Part shown: piece after piece, positions 40,930 to 51,094 of the stretch
Position numbering within the stretch: the stretch's first letter is position 1
Layout: the number at the start of each line of letters is the position of its first letter
From: an uncultured delta proteobacterium
GTDB lineage: Bacteria > Myxococcota_A > Polyangia > Polyangiales > Houyiibacteriaceae
Length of the DNA: 64,000 nt
Direction of reading: 5' to 3'
NCBI GenBank assembly: GCA_963699755.1
Contig: CAVOVB010000003.1
Span: forward strand, 256,001-320,000
Notes under the pieces: generated by a model
What the model was told of the DNA's origin: nothing
Database searches by the model: none
The model's input: only the letters and a program-made list of their open reading frames with translations
Position numbers and translations under genes: made by a program

Positions 40930-41562
40930 ATGATTAAGCGATGGATAGGCGAAGCATTCCTTCGGGTCGCCGGGTGGAAGACCGAGGGGGAACGGCCGTC
41001 GATTGACCGATACGTCATCATCGCTGCCCCGCACACGTCGAACTGGGACATGCCCCTCATGCTGGCGATGGCGTTCGTCTACGACATCCCAGTCCGCTGG
41101 ATGGGCAAGCATACGCTCTTCAAGGCACCATTCGAACCGTTCTTCAAGGCGCTCGGCGGCATTCCGATCGTGCGCCATCGTCCTGGTGGTGTCGTAGGTC
41201 AGATGATCGAGCACTTCGAGAACAACGAGTCACTCGTACTGATGGTTCCGGCCGAGGGCACGCGTTCACACGTCGACTATTGGAAATCCGGTTTCTACCA
41301 CATTGCACGGGGTGCCAATGTGCCGGTGGTCCTCTCGTATTTGGACTTCGGGAAGAAGGTCGGCGGCATTGGCCCTGCGATTGAGCTCACCGGTGATTTC
41401 CGCGCGGACATGGATCGGATTCGAGACTTCTACGCCGAGAAGGAAGGATTCCATCCCGAGAAAGTCGGTGTGATTCGGCTTCGCGAGGAAGACGTGGAAG
41501 AGCTCCTCGATCACCAGGGCAGCGGGTCGGAGGAAATCGAGCGCCTCGCGGGCAACCTGTAA
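40930..41562 (+). CDS. 1-acyl-glycerol-3-phosphate (PlsC-like) acyltransferase
   Basis: PHTSNWD (HxxxxD), AEGTR, WKSGFY. Confidence 0.88.
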   Translation: MIKRWIGEAFLRVAGWKTEGERPSIDRYVIIAAPHTSNWDMPLMLAMAFVYDIPVRWMGKHTLFKAPFEPFFKALGGIPIVRHRPGGVVGQMIEHFENNESLVLMVPAEGTRSHVDYWKSGFYHIARGANVPVVLSYLDFGKKVGGIGPAIELTGDFRADMDRIRDFYAEKEGFHPEKVGVIRLREEDVEELLDHQGSGSEEIERLAGNL

Positions 41563-41638
41563 CGTCTGCGCCAACTGAACGTCCTTTACAGCTCCGGCCT
41601 GATCGTGAAACGCTCGGGCCTTCGCGAAAGGTGTTCGA

Positions 41639-43600
41639 ATGGGCAGCGAAAGCAGTGCATGGCTCAAGGTGCTCGAGCTGGGGGAGCTTCCCGAGGGTCG
41701 GGTCAAACCTGTCACCTGCGAGCATCGCACGCTCTGCTTGACGCACTTCGAAGGTGAGCTCGCCGCCCTCGACAACAAGTGTCCGCACCAGGGCGGCCCG
41801 CTCGCCGAAGGCTCGATCGAAGGAGGATGGCTGCGTTGCCCTTGGCACGGCTGGGACTTCCACCCGCTCACCGGGAAGCCGCCAGGCGGTTTTGACGACG
41901 GGGTGGAGACCTTTCCGGTTGAAGTCCGCGAAGACGGTGTGTACGTCGCGTTTCCACAGGAACATGTTCACGCGCGAACGAGCAGCGACGTCATGGTCGA
42001 AACGCTCGTCAACTGGGGGGTGCGCTGGGTCTGGGGGATGGTCGGGCACTCGAACCTCGGCTTTGCCGACGCGATGCGGCGGCAGGAAACCAAAGGAGCG
42101 ATCGGGTTCTTCGGCATCCGGCACGAAGGCGCTGCAGCATTTGCCGCGTCGGCGTACGGGAAGCTGACCGGTCGACCCGCCGCCTGTTTCGCGATTGCGG
42201 GCCCGGGCGCTACCAATCTGTTGACGGGGCTCTGGGACGCGCACGTGGATCGTGCGCCCGTGCTTGCCCTCACGGGTCAAGTGCCCACGCATCTCATCGG
42301 ACGCGGTGCCTTCCAAGAGGTGGATCTCGCCGCGGCGTTTGGTGGGGTCGCTAAGTACACCGCGGTGGCGGCCAAGGACTCCAACTTTCCCGAGATCGCG
42401 AGCCTGGCCTGCAAGCACGCGATCATAGAGTGCGGCGTCTCGCACATGGTGTTTCCCGACGACGTGCAGGTCGTCGAAGCAATCGCAGCGAAGGCAGGGT
42501 CGCCTGAAGGACGGATGACGAGGCGAGAGATCGCGCCCCCCGAGGACTCGCTTGAGGACGCGGTGAAGCGAATTTCCGCGGCCAAGCGACCGGTGATCAT
42601 CGTTGGGCACGGTGCCCGTTTCGCGATGGATCCCGTCATCTCGCTAGCGGAACAGCTCCACGCCCCGGTGCTTACGACGTTCAAGGGCAAGGGACTCATC
42701 GCCGATGACCATCCGCTCGGCTGTGGAGTGCTCGGGCGCAGCGGAACTCCTGTGGCGAGCTGGCTCATGAACGAGTCCGACCTGCTGATCGTGTTTGGCG
42801 CCAGCTTTAGCAACCACACCGGCATCACGAGCTACAAGCCGATTGTGCAGGTCGACTACGATCCAATGATGCTCGGCCGGCTTCATTCCGTGACGGTTCC
42901 CGTCTGGGGCGAGATCGGGGTGACGGCGCGACTCATGAGGGAGCGACTCGGCTCAGCTCGTGCGGTCGACCAACGGCCCGACGTTGCGGCGCGCTGGAAG
43001 ATCTGGCGCCACGAGAAGATGCGGCGACTTGGCGAAACGGAGGGAGGCGGTGTGCATTCGGCGGCAATTTTCGCAGCGCTCACGGGGACTGCACCCGAAG
43101 ACGCCATCATCGCGGTGGACGTCGGAAACAACACCTATTCGTTCGGCCGATATTTCGAATGCAAGCGGCAATCTGTCTTGATGAGCGGCTATCTCGGTTC
43201 GATTGGTTTCGGATATCCCGCTGCGATGGGCGCCTGGGCGGCAACCCAGGAGAGCGACCCACGTTTCAGTGGCCGCAAAGTGCTCGCGGTGACGGGCGAC
43301 GGCGGCTTCGGCCAGTACATGGCCGAGTACACGACGGCCGTGAAGTACGGCATGGACATCACACACGTTCTTCTCAACAACAGCGAGCTCGGCAAGATCA
43401 GCAAGGAACAGCGGAGCGCCGACTACGACGTGTGGCAGACCTCGCTCCACAATCCGAGCTTCGCGGAATACGCCGAGCTCTGCGGCGCCTTGGGCCTTCG
43501 CGTGACGCGGGCCGACGAGCTCCAGGGCGCGCTCGCCGAGGCCTTGGCCCATGACGGGCCCGCAACGGTCGAGATTCTGGCGGACGCGCGGCTCATCTAG
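41639..43600 (+). CDS. Rieske-domain-fused ThDP enzyme (pyruvate oxidase/acetolactate synthase family)
   Basis: CPHQGG...CPWHGW Rieske motif; RHEGAAAF, GPGATN, GDGGF...NN. Confidence 0.88.
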   Translation: MGSESSAWLKVLELGELPEGRVKPVTCEHRTLCLTHFEGELAALDNKCPHQGGPLAEGSIEGGWLRCPWHGWDFHPLTGKPPGGFDDGVETFPVEVREDGVYVAFPQEHVHARTSSDVMVETLVNWGVRWVWGMVGHSNLGFADAMRRQETKGAIGFFGIRHEGAAAFAASAYGKLTGRPAACFAIAGPGATNLLTGLWDAHVDRAPVLALTGQVPTHLIGRGAFQEVDLAAAFGGVAKYTAVAAKDSNFPEIASLACKHAIIECGVSHMVFPDDVQVVEAIAAKAGSPEGRMTRREIAPPEDSLEDAVKRISAAKRPVIIVGHGARFAMDPVISLAEQLHAPVLTTFKGKGLIADDHPLGCGVLGRSGTPVASWLMNESDLLIVFGASFSNHTGITSYKPIVQVDYDPMMLGRLHSVTVPVWGEIGVTARLMRERLGSARAVDQRPDVAARWKIWRHEKMRRLGETEGGGVHSAAIFAALTGTAPEDAIIAVDVGNNTYSFGRYFECKRQSVLMSGYLGSIGFGYPAAMGAWAATQESDPRFSGRKVLAVTGDGGFGQYMAEYTTAVKYGMDITHVLLNNSELGKISKEQRSADYDVWQTSLHNPSFAEYAELCGALGLRVTRADELQGALAEALAHDGPATVEILADARLI

Positions 43601-43725
43601 GCGAGGAGCACCAAGAGGTGATCGAGCAGCCACTTGGCGTGCGCAGCTGAAGCGGAACGCTAACAAACCTTCCGAATCGGCGCACGGCCCTTGCACTGCG
43701 CGTTCGAGGCGTGGTGAGATGCACT

Positions 43726-45369
43726 ATGACCGTCACTCCACTTCGCACGCAGAACAGGGTGCCCGTCGCAAAATGGAGCGAGCTCGAGGACCGTACGCCT
43801 GCGTACGCGCTGGTCGCGGGTGTCGACCTCGTCGTGCTTCGCTACGATAGCGAAGCCTCCGTGCTCTACGGCCGCTGCCTGCATCGGGGCGCCCTCATGG
43901 CCGATGCGAAAGTCGAGGGTGACAACCTCATCTGCGGGCTGCACGGCTGGGACTACCGTTACGACACGGGAGTCAGCTCTTACGACAACTCCGAGGTGCT
44001 CCAGAAGTTTCGCGCCTGGATCGACCTCGATGCCGATGCGGTGTTCGTCGACGAATCGGAGATTCGGGCGTGGGCGGAGAGGTTTCCGCAACCCTACGAT
44101 CGCGACGCGTACCTCGGTCTCTATGCCGACGTCCACGGCGCGCCCGAGGAGCCCTTCAATCGGCACATCCAGGAGCTCGCGCGCAACGGTTTGAAGAACG
44201 TGGGGCACGACGGGCCTGTCTCCGCGATGGGCGTGCCGCGCCAGGAGCTCCCCTCCTGGGAAGACGTGTTGATCTTGACGGCGCAGCTGGCCCGCAAGCC
44301 GTTACTCGGTGATGTGCCGGTCGGCTCCGATGTCGTGATCGGCCGCCAAGCCAAGAGGCCGCTCCGTTTAGAGATCCCTCTCTTCGTCAGCGACATGAGC
44401 TTTGGCGCCTTGAGTCGGGAGGCCAAGATAGCACTCTCGAAAGGCGCCGACTTGGCGGGCACCGGCATCTGCTCTGGGGAAGGCGGCATGCTCCCCGACG
44501 AGCAGGCGAGCAACTCGCGCTACTTCTACGAGCTTGCCTCGGGCCGTTTCGGCTGGAGTCTCGACAAGGTGAAGAAGTGCCAGGCGTTTCACTTCAAAGC
44601 GGGGCAGGGCGCCAAGACCGGAACCGGGGGACACCTGCCGGGGAACAAAGTCAGTCCGGAAATCGCCTCTGTGCGCGGGCTCGAGCCAGGGCAGCCCGCG
44701 ATCAGCCCTGCCACCTTTCCCGATCTGAACGGCCCGGCGGATTTCGGCCGCCTTGCGGATGAAGTGCGAGAGCAGACCGGTGGCATTCCGATCGGTTTCA
44801 AGTTGAGTGCGCAGCATATCGAAGACGACATCGACTTCGCGCTCGATGCGGGCGTCGACTACATCATTCTGGACGGCCGGGGCGGAGCGACCGGTGCCGC
44901 GCCGAACGTGTTCAAGAACAACATCTCGGTCCCGACGATGGTCGCCCTGGCGCGGGCACGGCGTCATCTGGATGCGCGCAACCGCCCTGAAGTGACTCTC
45001 GTCATTACCGGAGGTCTTCGAACCGAGAGCGACTTCGTGAAGGCGCTCGCCCTCGGTGCAGATGCCATAGCGGTTTCGAACGCGGCGATTCAAGCCATTG
45101 GCTGCCTCGGAATGCGGGCTTGCCAGACGAACAACTGCCCGGTTGGTATTGCGACCCAGCAAGCGCATCTGCGCGCACGCTTGAACATCGAGCACTCAGC
45201 GCAGCAACTTTGCAACTACTTCAACGCAACGGTGGAGCTGATGAAAGTACTTGCACGCGGCTGCGGTCATGCGCATCTAGGCCAGTTCGAGCTGAATGAC
45301 CTGACGACTTGGAAGCGTGAGATCGCAGACCTGACCGGGATCCGCTACGCCGGCATTGCTTCACCCTGA
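43726..45369 (+). CDS. Rieske-domain-fused FMN-binding glutamate-synthase-family protein
   Basis: CLHRG...CGLHGW; MSFGALS, GEGG, GQGAKTGTGGHLP, CLGMRACQTNNCPVGIATQ. Confidence 0.88.
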   Translation: MTVTPLRTQNRVPVAKWSELEDRTPAYALVAGVDLVVLRYDSEASVLYGRCLHRGALMADAKVEGDNLICGLHGWDYRYDTGVSSYDNSEVLQKFRAWIDLDADAVFVDESEIRAWAERFPQPYDRDAYLGLYADVHGAPEEPFNRHIQELARNGLKNVGHDGPVSAMGVPRQELPSWEDVLILTAQLARKPLLGDVPVGSDVVIGRQAKRPLRLEIPLFVSDMSFGALSREAKIALSKGADLAGTGICSGEGGMLPDEQASNSRYFYELASGRFGWSLDKVKKCQAFHFKAGQGAKTGTGGHLPGNKVSPEIASVRGLEPGQPAISPATFPDLNGPADFGRLADEVREQTGGIPIGFKLSAQHIEDDIDFALDAGVDYIILDGRGGATGAAPNVFKNNISVPTMVALARARRHLDARNRPEVTLVITGGLRTESDFVKALALGADAIAVSNAAIQAIGCLGMRACQTNNCPVGIATQQAHLRARLNIEHSAQQLCNYFNATVELMKVLARGCGHAHLGQFELNDLTTWKREIADLTGIRYAGIASP

Positions 45370-45487
45370 CTTGGAAGACCCTCGGTGCCGTCGCACCCGT
45401 GAGGCTGTCAGACGCGAGACTGCAATCGGACTGGGCGCGCGAAGTTTTCGTTCGAGCCGCGGCAGCGTCTCGGGAGCTTCTCCGCTC

Positions 45488-46186
45488 CTAGCGGCCGAGC
45501 AGCAGCACGCTGACCCCCGCTGCAATCGCGATCACCTGTGGCCAGCCGGGAAGGGCGGGGTGATCGTGCTCATGCGCCCAATCGTGCGTGACCACGTGCA
45601 ACAAGAGCCCGCTGACGGCTGCCTCGATCCAGGGCTCGCCGCGCGTCCAACTTCCAAGTGCGGTTTGTTGCGCGAGCATGACTCCGATGGTGCCCATCAG
45701 CGCCAGGCCGATCGCGCGTCTGATGCCGCTCCTCGGACCATGCGCAGAGGTGAAGGCGAGAGTGATCAGCGCCGTCACTGGAACGGAGTGGACGGCGATC
45801 GCCGTGAGCACGTCGCCATGGTGATGGCCGACGTGCGCCTCCCCGGTGAACGAGCCAAGCGCCAGTCCGTCGCCGAGCTTGTGGATCATCAGGCCCCAGT
45901 AACTGAGCTCGAGGCCCATCGTCGAGGAGTGATCGTGCTCCGGGTCCTCGTGCGCGGCGCGTTCGATCAGCCAGGGGGCGAGAAAGGCCACGGCAACTGC
46001 GATCAAGACCAGCGGACCACCGGCGCGGAACGCATCGGGAATGAGGCGGCCGACCACGACAGCGACCGAAGAGACGACCGCGAACGTGCGGATCGCGTCG
46101 AGAAGCCTTCCGCGACCAGGAGCGATCAATCCCAGCACGGCGCCCAGGGCGACGGATCCAACGACGATCGAAATCGGCCACAGCAT
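45488..46186 (-). CDS. Integral membrane protein, ZIP-like metal transporter
   Basis: Several hydrophobic helices; HKLGDGLALG and AVHSVP motifs; His-rich loops (HEDPEHDH, HVGHHH). Confidence 0.55.
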   Translation of the reverse strand: MLWPISIVVGSVALGAVLGLIAPGRGRLLDAIRTFAVVSSVAVVVGRLIPDAFRAGGPLVLIAVAVAFLAPWLIERAAHEDPEHDHSSTMGLELSYWGLMIHKLGDGLALGSFTGEAHVGHHHGDVLTAIAVHSVPVTALITLAFTSAHGPRSGIRRAIGLALMGTIGVMLAQQTALGSWTRGEPWIEAAVSGLLLHVVTHDWAHEHDHPALPGWPQVIAIAAGVSVLLLGR

Positions 46187-46224
46187 CGAGCCGACTTACC
46201 ACACTCGGGGCGATAGGGGCTGCG

Positions 46225-46482
46225 TTAGATGCCGAGCGATTCGGCTTCCTGTGCCGCTTCTTTGGCGAGGTACTCCCGCGCACAGGTCGAACAAGCGATG
46301 ACTTCTTTCGCAATTTCGTAGCCCGCGCCGCCCGGATCGTCCTGGCCCCTCGACCGGCTGGCGGTGCGACCCTTCTGTGCTTTGCCGCGGCTCGGGTACT
46401 CGGCGGGCCGGCGCTCCGTCACCACCTTCGTCGCCCGCTCTCCGGGGCGCGACACTCGATTGCAAAGCTCACATCGGTACAT
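46225..46482 (-). CDS. Small Zn-ribbon-like protein
   Basis: CELC at the N-terminus and CSTC near the C-terminus; GAGGAG RBS. Confidence 0.7.
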   Translation of the reverse strand: MYRCELCNRVSRPGERATKVVTERRPAEYPSRGKAQKGRTASRSRGQDDPGGAGYEIAKEVIACSTCAREYLAKEAAQEAESLGI

Positions 46483-46550
46483 TCAGGGACTCCTCGTTCT
46501 GCGAGCGGGCGGTTTGGCACATGGGTCGAGCCCGGGCAAGCGGGCGGGCG

Positions 46551-47576
<1,026 letters not shown>

Positions 47577-47589
47577 CTAGAACCCGTGC

Positions 47590-48429
47590 GTGAGAATCGG
47601 GGTTTTGGCGCTGGCTGTGTCGCTCTTGGTTGCAGCCTGTTCGACGACGATGACGGGGCGCAAGCAGCTCACCCTCATCAATGACGACAAGATGGACGCG
47701 ATGGGCATCGCCGCGTTTGCCAGCTTGAAAAAGGAAGGCAAGCTCAGCCACGATCAGGCGCTCAACGCGTACGTGGGCTGCGTCGCGGCCGCGATCGTGA
47801 AGGTCGTGCCGAAGGAGCACGGCCCCAGCAATGGCCGCTGGGAGGTCCTGGTCTTCGACGACCCCACTCCCAACGCGTTCGCGCTGCCCGGGGGTAAAAT
47901 CGGCGTCCACACCGGAATGCTCGACGTGGCAACGACACCAGGGCAGCTCGCCGCAGTGATCGGCCACGAAGTAAGCCATGTCCTGTTGCGCCATGGCAAC
48001 GAGCGCATGTCGCAGTCCATTCTCGCGGACACTGCCTTGAACACCGCCTCGATCGCGGCTGGCGCGGCCACGCCCGAGTACCACGACCTGATCGTCGGTG
48101 GGCTCGGGGTCGGCGCCCAGTTCGGCGTGCTCTTGCCGTTCAGCCGAAAGCACGAGAGCGAAGCCGACGAGGTCGGGCAGATCTTCATGGCCCAGGCTGG
48201 CTTCTACCCAGCCGAGGCGATCACGCTATGGCAGGCGATGGCGCAGTCGGGTGGCAAGGGGCCGGCTCAATGGCAGTCCACCCACCCTTCGGACGAGACT
48301 CGCATTCAACGTCTCCGCGCCAACCTTCCCAAGGCAATGAAGGAATACGAAAAGGCCCTGAAAGCCGGCAGGCGACCCCAGTGCAAGCGGCCGCCCGACG
48401 AATGGGTGAGCCCAGAGGCACTTCCTTAG
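47590..48429 (+). CDS. M48 family metallopeptidase lipoprotein
   Basis: VAAC lipobox, PNAFALPGG, HEVSH, ESEAD, STHP. Confidence 0.92.
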   Translation: MRIGVLALAVSLLVAACSTTMTGRKQLTLINDDKMDAMGIAAFASLKKEGKLSHDQALNAYVGCVAAAIVKVVPKEHGPSNGRWEVLVFDDPTPNAFALPGGKIGVHTGMLDVATTPGQLAAVIGHEVSHVLLRHGNERMSQSILADTALNTASIAAGAATPEYHDLIVGGLGVGAQFGVLLPFSRKHESEADEVGQIFMAQAGFYPAEAITLWQAMAQSGGKGPAQWQSTHPSDETRIQRLRANLPKAMKEYEKALKAGRRPQCKRPPDEWVSPEALP

Positions 48430-48432
48430 CGC

Positions 48433-49317
48433 TCAGTCGTTTCGCTGGATGAAGGCAGCCACTGCTTCGCCGATCTCGGCGGGCGAATCCTCTTGAATGA
48501 AGTGAAGCCCCTCCACCGTGATCTCCTCTTGATTTGGGAGTTGGCGCGCGAACTCCCGTTGTTCCCCGATCAAGATGGTGCCCGGGTTGGCGTTGATGAA
48601 GAGCTTCGGCGGTGAATCGCTCGATTGCAGCCACCTTGAATAGTCTTCGGAGATCTCGTGGACGTCGTTGGGCTCACCGCCGATTGGGATCTGCCGCGGC
48701 CAGGTGAGGGTGGGTCGACGTGACTCTCCGGGCTCGACGAAGCGCGCGCGGTAGCGGTCCATCTCCTCTTCGCTGAGCGTTCGGATGATCGAGGCCGGCA
48801 GGATGCGCTCGACGAAGACGTTCTTCTGCAAGATGATCTCTTCGCCTGCCGGGGATCGCATCGCTTGGAAAATCTTTCGTGCGGGCTCGGCCCATTCGTC
48901 CCAGCTCCGGAGCGGGCGGACGATGGCCTCCATGTACGCGATGCCCAAGACCCTATCCGGGTGTCGGTGGGCCCAGTGGAAGCCGAGCCCCGAGCCCCAA
49001 TCGTGAATCACGAGGAAGATGGGTGTGTCGCCAAGCACCGCGTCGAACCAAGCATCGAGGTAGCGACGATGATCGACGAAGCGATACCCGCTCGAGCTTT
49101 CACCCGACTCGCCCATGCCGACGAGATCGGGGGCGAGACAGCGCGCGATCGGAGCGACCTCTTTGATCACGTTGCGCCATAGGTAGGACGATGTTGGATT
49201 GCCGTGGAGGAACACCGCGATGGGGCCGTCTCCGCCCGTGTCCACGTAGCAGATCTCGCTGTCTTTGACCGCCACGCGTTTTCTCGGGTGGGGGTCTTCG
49301 GCTGAGATGGCACTCAT
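48433..49317 (-). CDS. Haloalkane dehalogenase (LinB/DhaA-type)
   Basis: HGNPTSSYLWR, HDWGS (Asp nucleophile), YMEAIV, TLTWPRQIP, HFIQED. Confidence 0.9.
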   Translation of the reverse strand: MSAISAEDPHPRKRVAVKDSEICYVDTGGDGPIAVFLHGNPTSSYLWRNVIKEVAPIARCLAPDLVGMGESGESSSGYRFVDHRRYLDAWFDAVLGDTPIFLVIHDWGSGLGFHWAHRHPDRVLGIAYMEAIVRPLRSWDEWAEPARKIFQAMRSPAGEEIILQKNVFVERILPASIIRTLSEEEMDRYRARFVEPGESRRPTLTWPRQIPIGGEPNDVHEISEDYSRWLQSSDSPPKLFINANPGTILIGEQREFARQLPNQEEITVEGLHFIQEDSPAEIGEAVAAFIQRND

Positions 49318-49334
49318 GGTGTATAGTCCGACGA

Positions 49335-50216
49335 ATGACCGCGACCCGCAAATGGAGCGCGCCGACGAGCGAATACTTGGTTCCCTTCGACGGCAGCTTT
49401 CGAATCGCCGAGGCACCAACGACCCCTCCTGGGAAAGTCGACAAGGACGCCGCAGAAGCCGCGCGCCAGCAGGACACCGCCGAGATCGGCCAGCTTCAGA
49501 GGAAGCTCTACGCGGACAATCGATACGCCGCGCTCTTCGTGTTCCAGGCGATGGATGCCGGTGGGAAGGACAGCACGATTCGGAACGTGTTCACCGGCGT
49601 GAACCCTGCGGGTTTTCAAGTCTCATCCTTCAAAGCCCCCTCCGACGAGGAGCTCGACCATGATTTCCTCTGGCGGGTCGCCGCGCAGTTGCCCGAGCGC
49701 GGGCGGATCGGTGTCTTCAATCGTAGCCACTATGAAGAAGTGTTGGTAGTGCGAGTGCACCCCGAGCTCCTCGGTGGCCAGCGGCTACCCAACCCGAATC
49801 TCGAGACTCTATGGAGCGAACGCTACGAATCGATTCGCAACTTCGAGAAACACATCGCCGAAAATGGCACGATCATCGTGAAGTTCTTCCTCAACGTCTC
49901 TTTGGAAGAGCAGAAAGACCGCTTGCTTCAGCGAATCGACAAGCCGAGTCGGAATTGGAAGTTCAATCCTGGCGACGTCAAAGAGCGAGAGCGATGGCCG
50001 GACTACATGCGCGCGTTCGAAGACGCCCTCAACGAAACTTCGCGTCCCTGGGCGCCATGGTATGCGATCCCCGCCGACAGCAAGCCCTATATGCGCCTCG
50101 AGGTAGCCCGGATCGTCCGCGAGACGCTGCAGAGTCTCGGCCTGGGATATCCGAAGATCGACGAAGCGGCACGCCTGGCCCTTCTCGAATGTCGCGAGGC
50201 CCTCGAACGATCATGA
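49335..50216 (+). CDS. ppk2: Polyphosphate kinase 2 family protein
   Basis: QAMDAGGKD, HDFLWR, FNRSHYE, WKF, APWYAIPAD. Confidence 0.92.
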   Translation: MTATRKWSAPTSEYLVPFDGSFRIAEAPTTPPGKVDKDAAEAARQQDTAEIGQLQRKLYADNRYAALFVFQAMDAGGKDSTIRNVFTGVNPAGFQVSSFKAPSDEELDHDFLWRVAAQLPERGRIGVFNRSHYEEVLVVRVHPELLGGQRLPNPNLETLWSERYESIRNFEKHIAENGTIIVKFFLNVSLEEQKDRLLQRIDKPSRNWKFNPGDVKERERWPDYMRAFEDALNETSRPWAPWYAIPADSKPYMRLEVARIVRETLQSLGLGYPKIDEAARLALLECREALERS

Positions 50217-51019
50217 CCGCGGCGCCGCCAATCGTCTTGACGGTTGCGGGCTCCGACCCTTCGGGCGGTGCGGGGCTCCAGGCAGACCTCAAGACGATCC
50301 AGCAGCACGGCGCCTACGGTGCAGCGGTGCCGACCCTGATCACGGTGCAGGACAGCCGCGGGGTCGAGCGGGTCGAGCTCCTCCCCGCGGATCTCATTCA
50401 GGCGCAGATTTCGACCGTGCTCGAGGATATGGAGCCCGCCGCGGCCAAGACAGGCGCGCTCGGCTCGCCGGAGGTGACCCGGCTTCTTGGCTCCATCATG
50501 GAGGGCACCAGGTTCGGCTGGTTGATCGACCCGGTTTGGTTTCCGAGCCGGGGCGCGCCGCTGTCGAAGGGAGACGTGGTCGAAGCCTACAAGGACACGC
50601 TCATCCCCCGTGCAGCGTTGGTCACCCCGAACGCGCAGGAGGCCGCCCTGCTCGCCGAGATGCCGGTGCGAACCCTCGACGACGCCGGCCGAGCGGCCGA
50701 GCGGATCGCGGCGCTTGGGGCCTCTGCGGTTCTCGTCAAAGGGGGTCACCTCGAAGGCGCCGACCGAGGCACCGATCTGCTCCTACACGAAGGAGGGGTG
50801 CAGCTGCTCCGCGCCGCCCAGCTGGTCCCTGGCCGGTTTCACGGAACCGGCTGTGCGCTCTCTGCGTCGATCGCGTCTCGACTGGCGTTCGGGGCGCCGC
50901 TGCCAGCGGCCGTGCAGGGCGCCAAGGCTTGGCTCGGCGGTGCGCTTGCCCATGCTTTCGCCGTTGGGAAGGGAGCCAAGCCCGTCAATCATCTCTGGCC
51001 GCTGGACGAGAAACCTTAG
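50213..51019 (+). CDS. thiD: Hydroxymethylpyrimidine/phosphomethylpyrimidine kinase
   Basis: AGSDPSGGAGLQADLK, KTGAL, TPNAQE, KGGH, HGTGC. Confidence 0.92.
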   Translation: MTAAPPIVLTVAGSDPSGGAGLQADLKTIQQHGAYGAAVPTLITVQDSRGVERVELLPADLIQAQISTVLEDMEPAAAKTGALGSPEVTRLLGSIMEGTRFGWLIDPVWFPSRGAPLSKGDVVEAYKDTLIPRAALVTPNAQEAALLAEMPVRTLDDAGRAAERIAALGASAVLVKGGHLEGADRGTDLLLHEGGVQLLRAAQLVPGRFHGTGCALSASIASRLAFGAPLPAAVQGAKAWLGGALAHAFAVGKGAKPVNHLWPLDEKP

Positions 51020-51094
51020 TTCTTTTCGAAGTTTTGCGAACGCAATAGTTGCCCCGGCTTTTGCGAGGCTGCTACATGCGAGCAGGTTTTTAGG

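Noticed and set aside
43680..43695. Sigma54 promoter upstream of the Rieske-FMN gene (GCGCACGGCCCTTGCA)
   Set aside because: The invariant -24 GG is CG.
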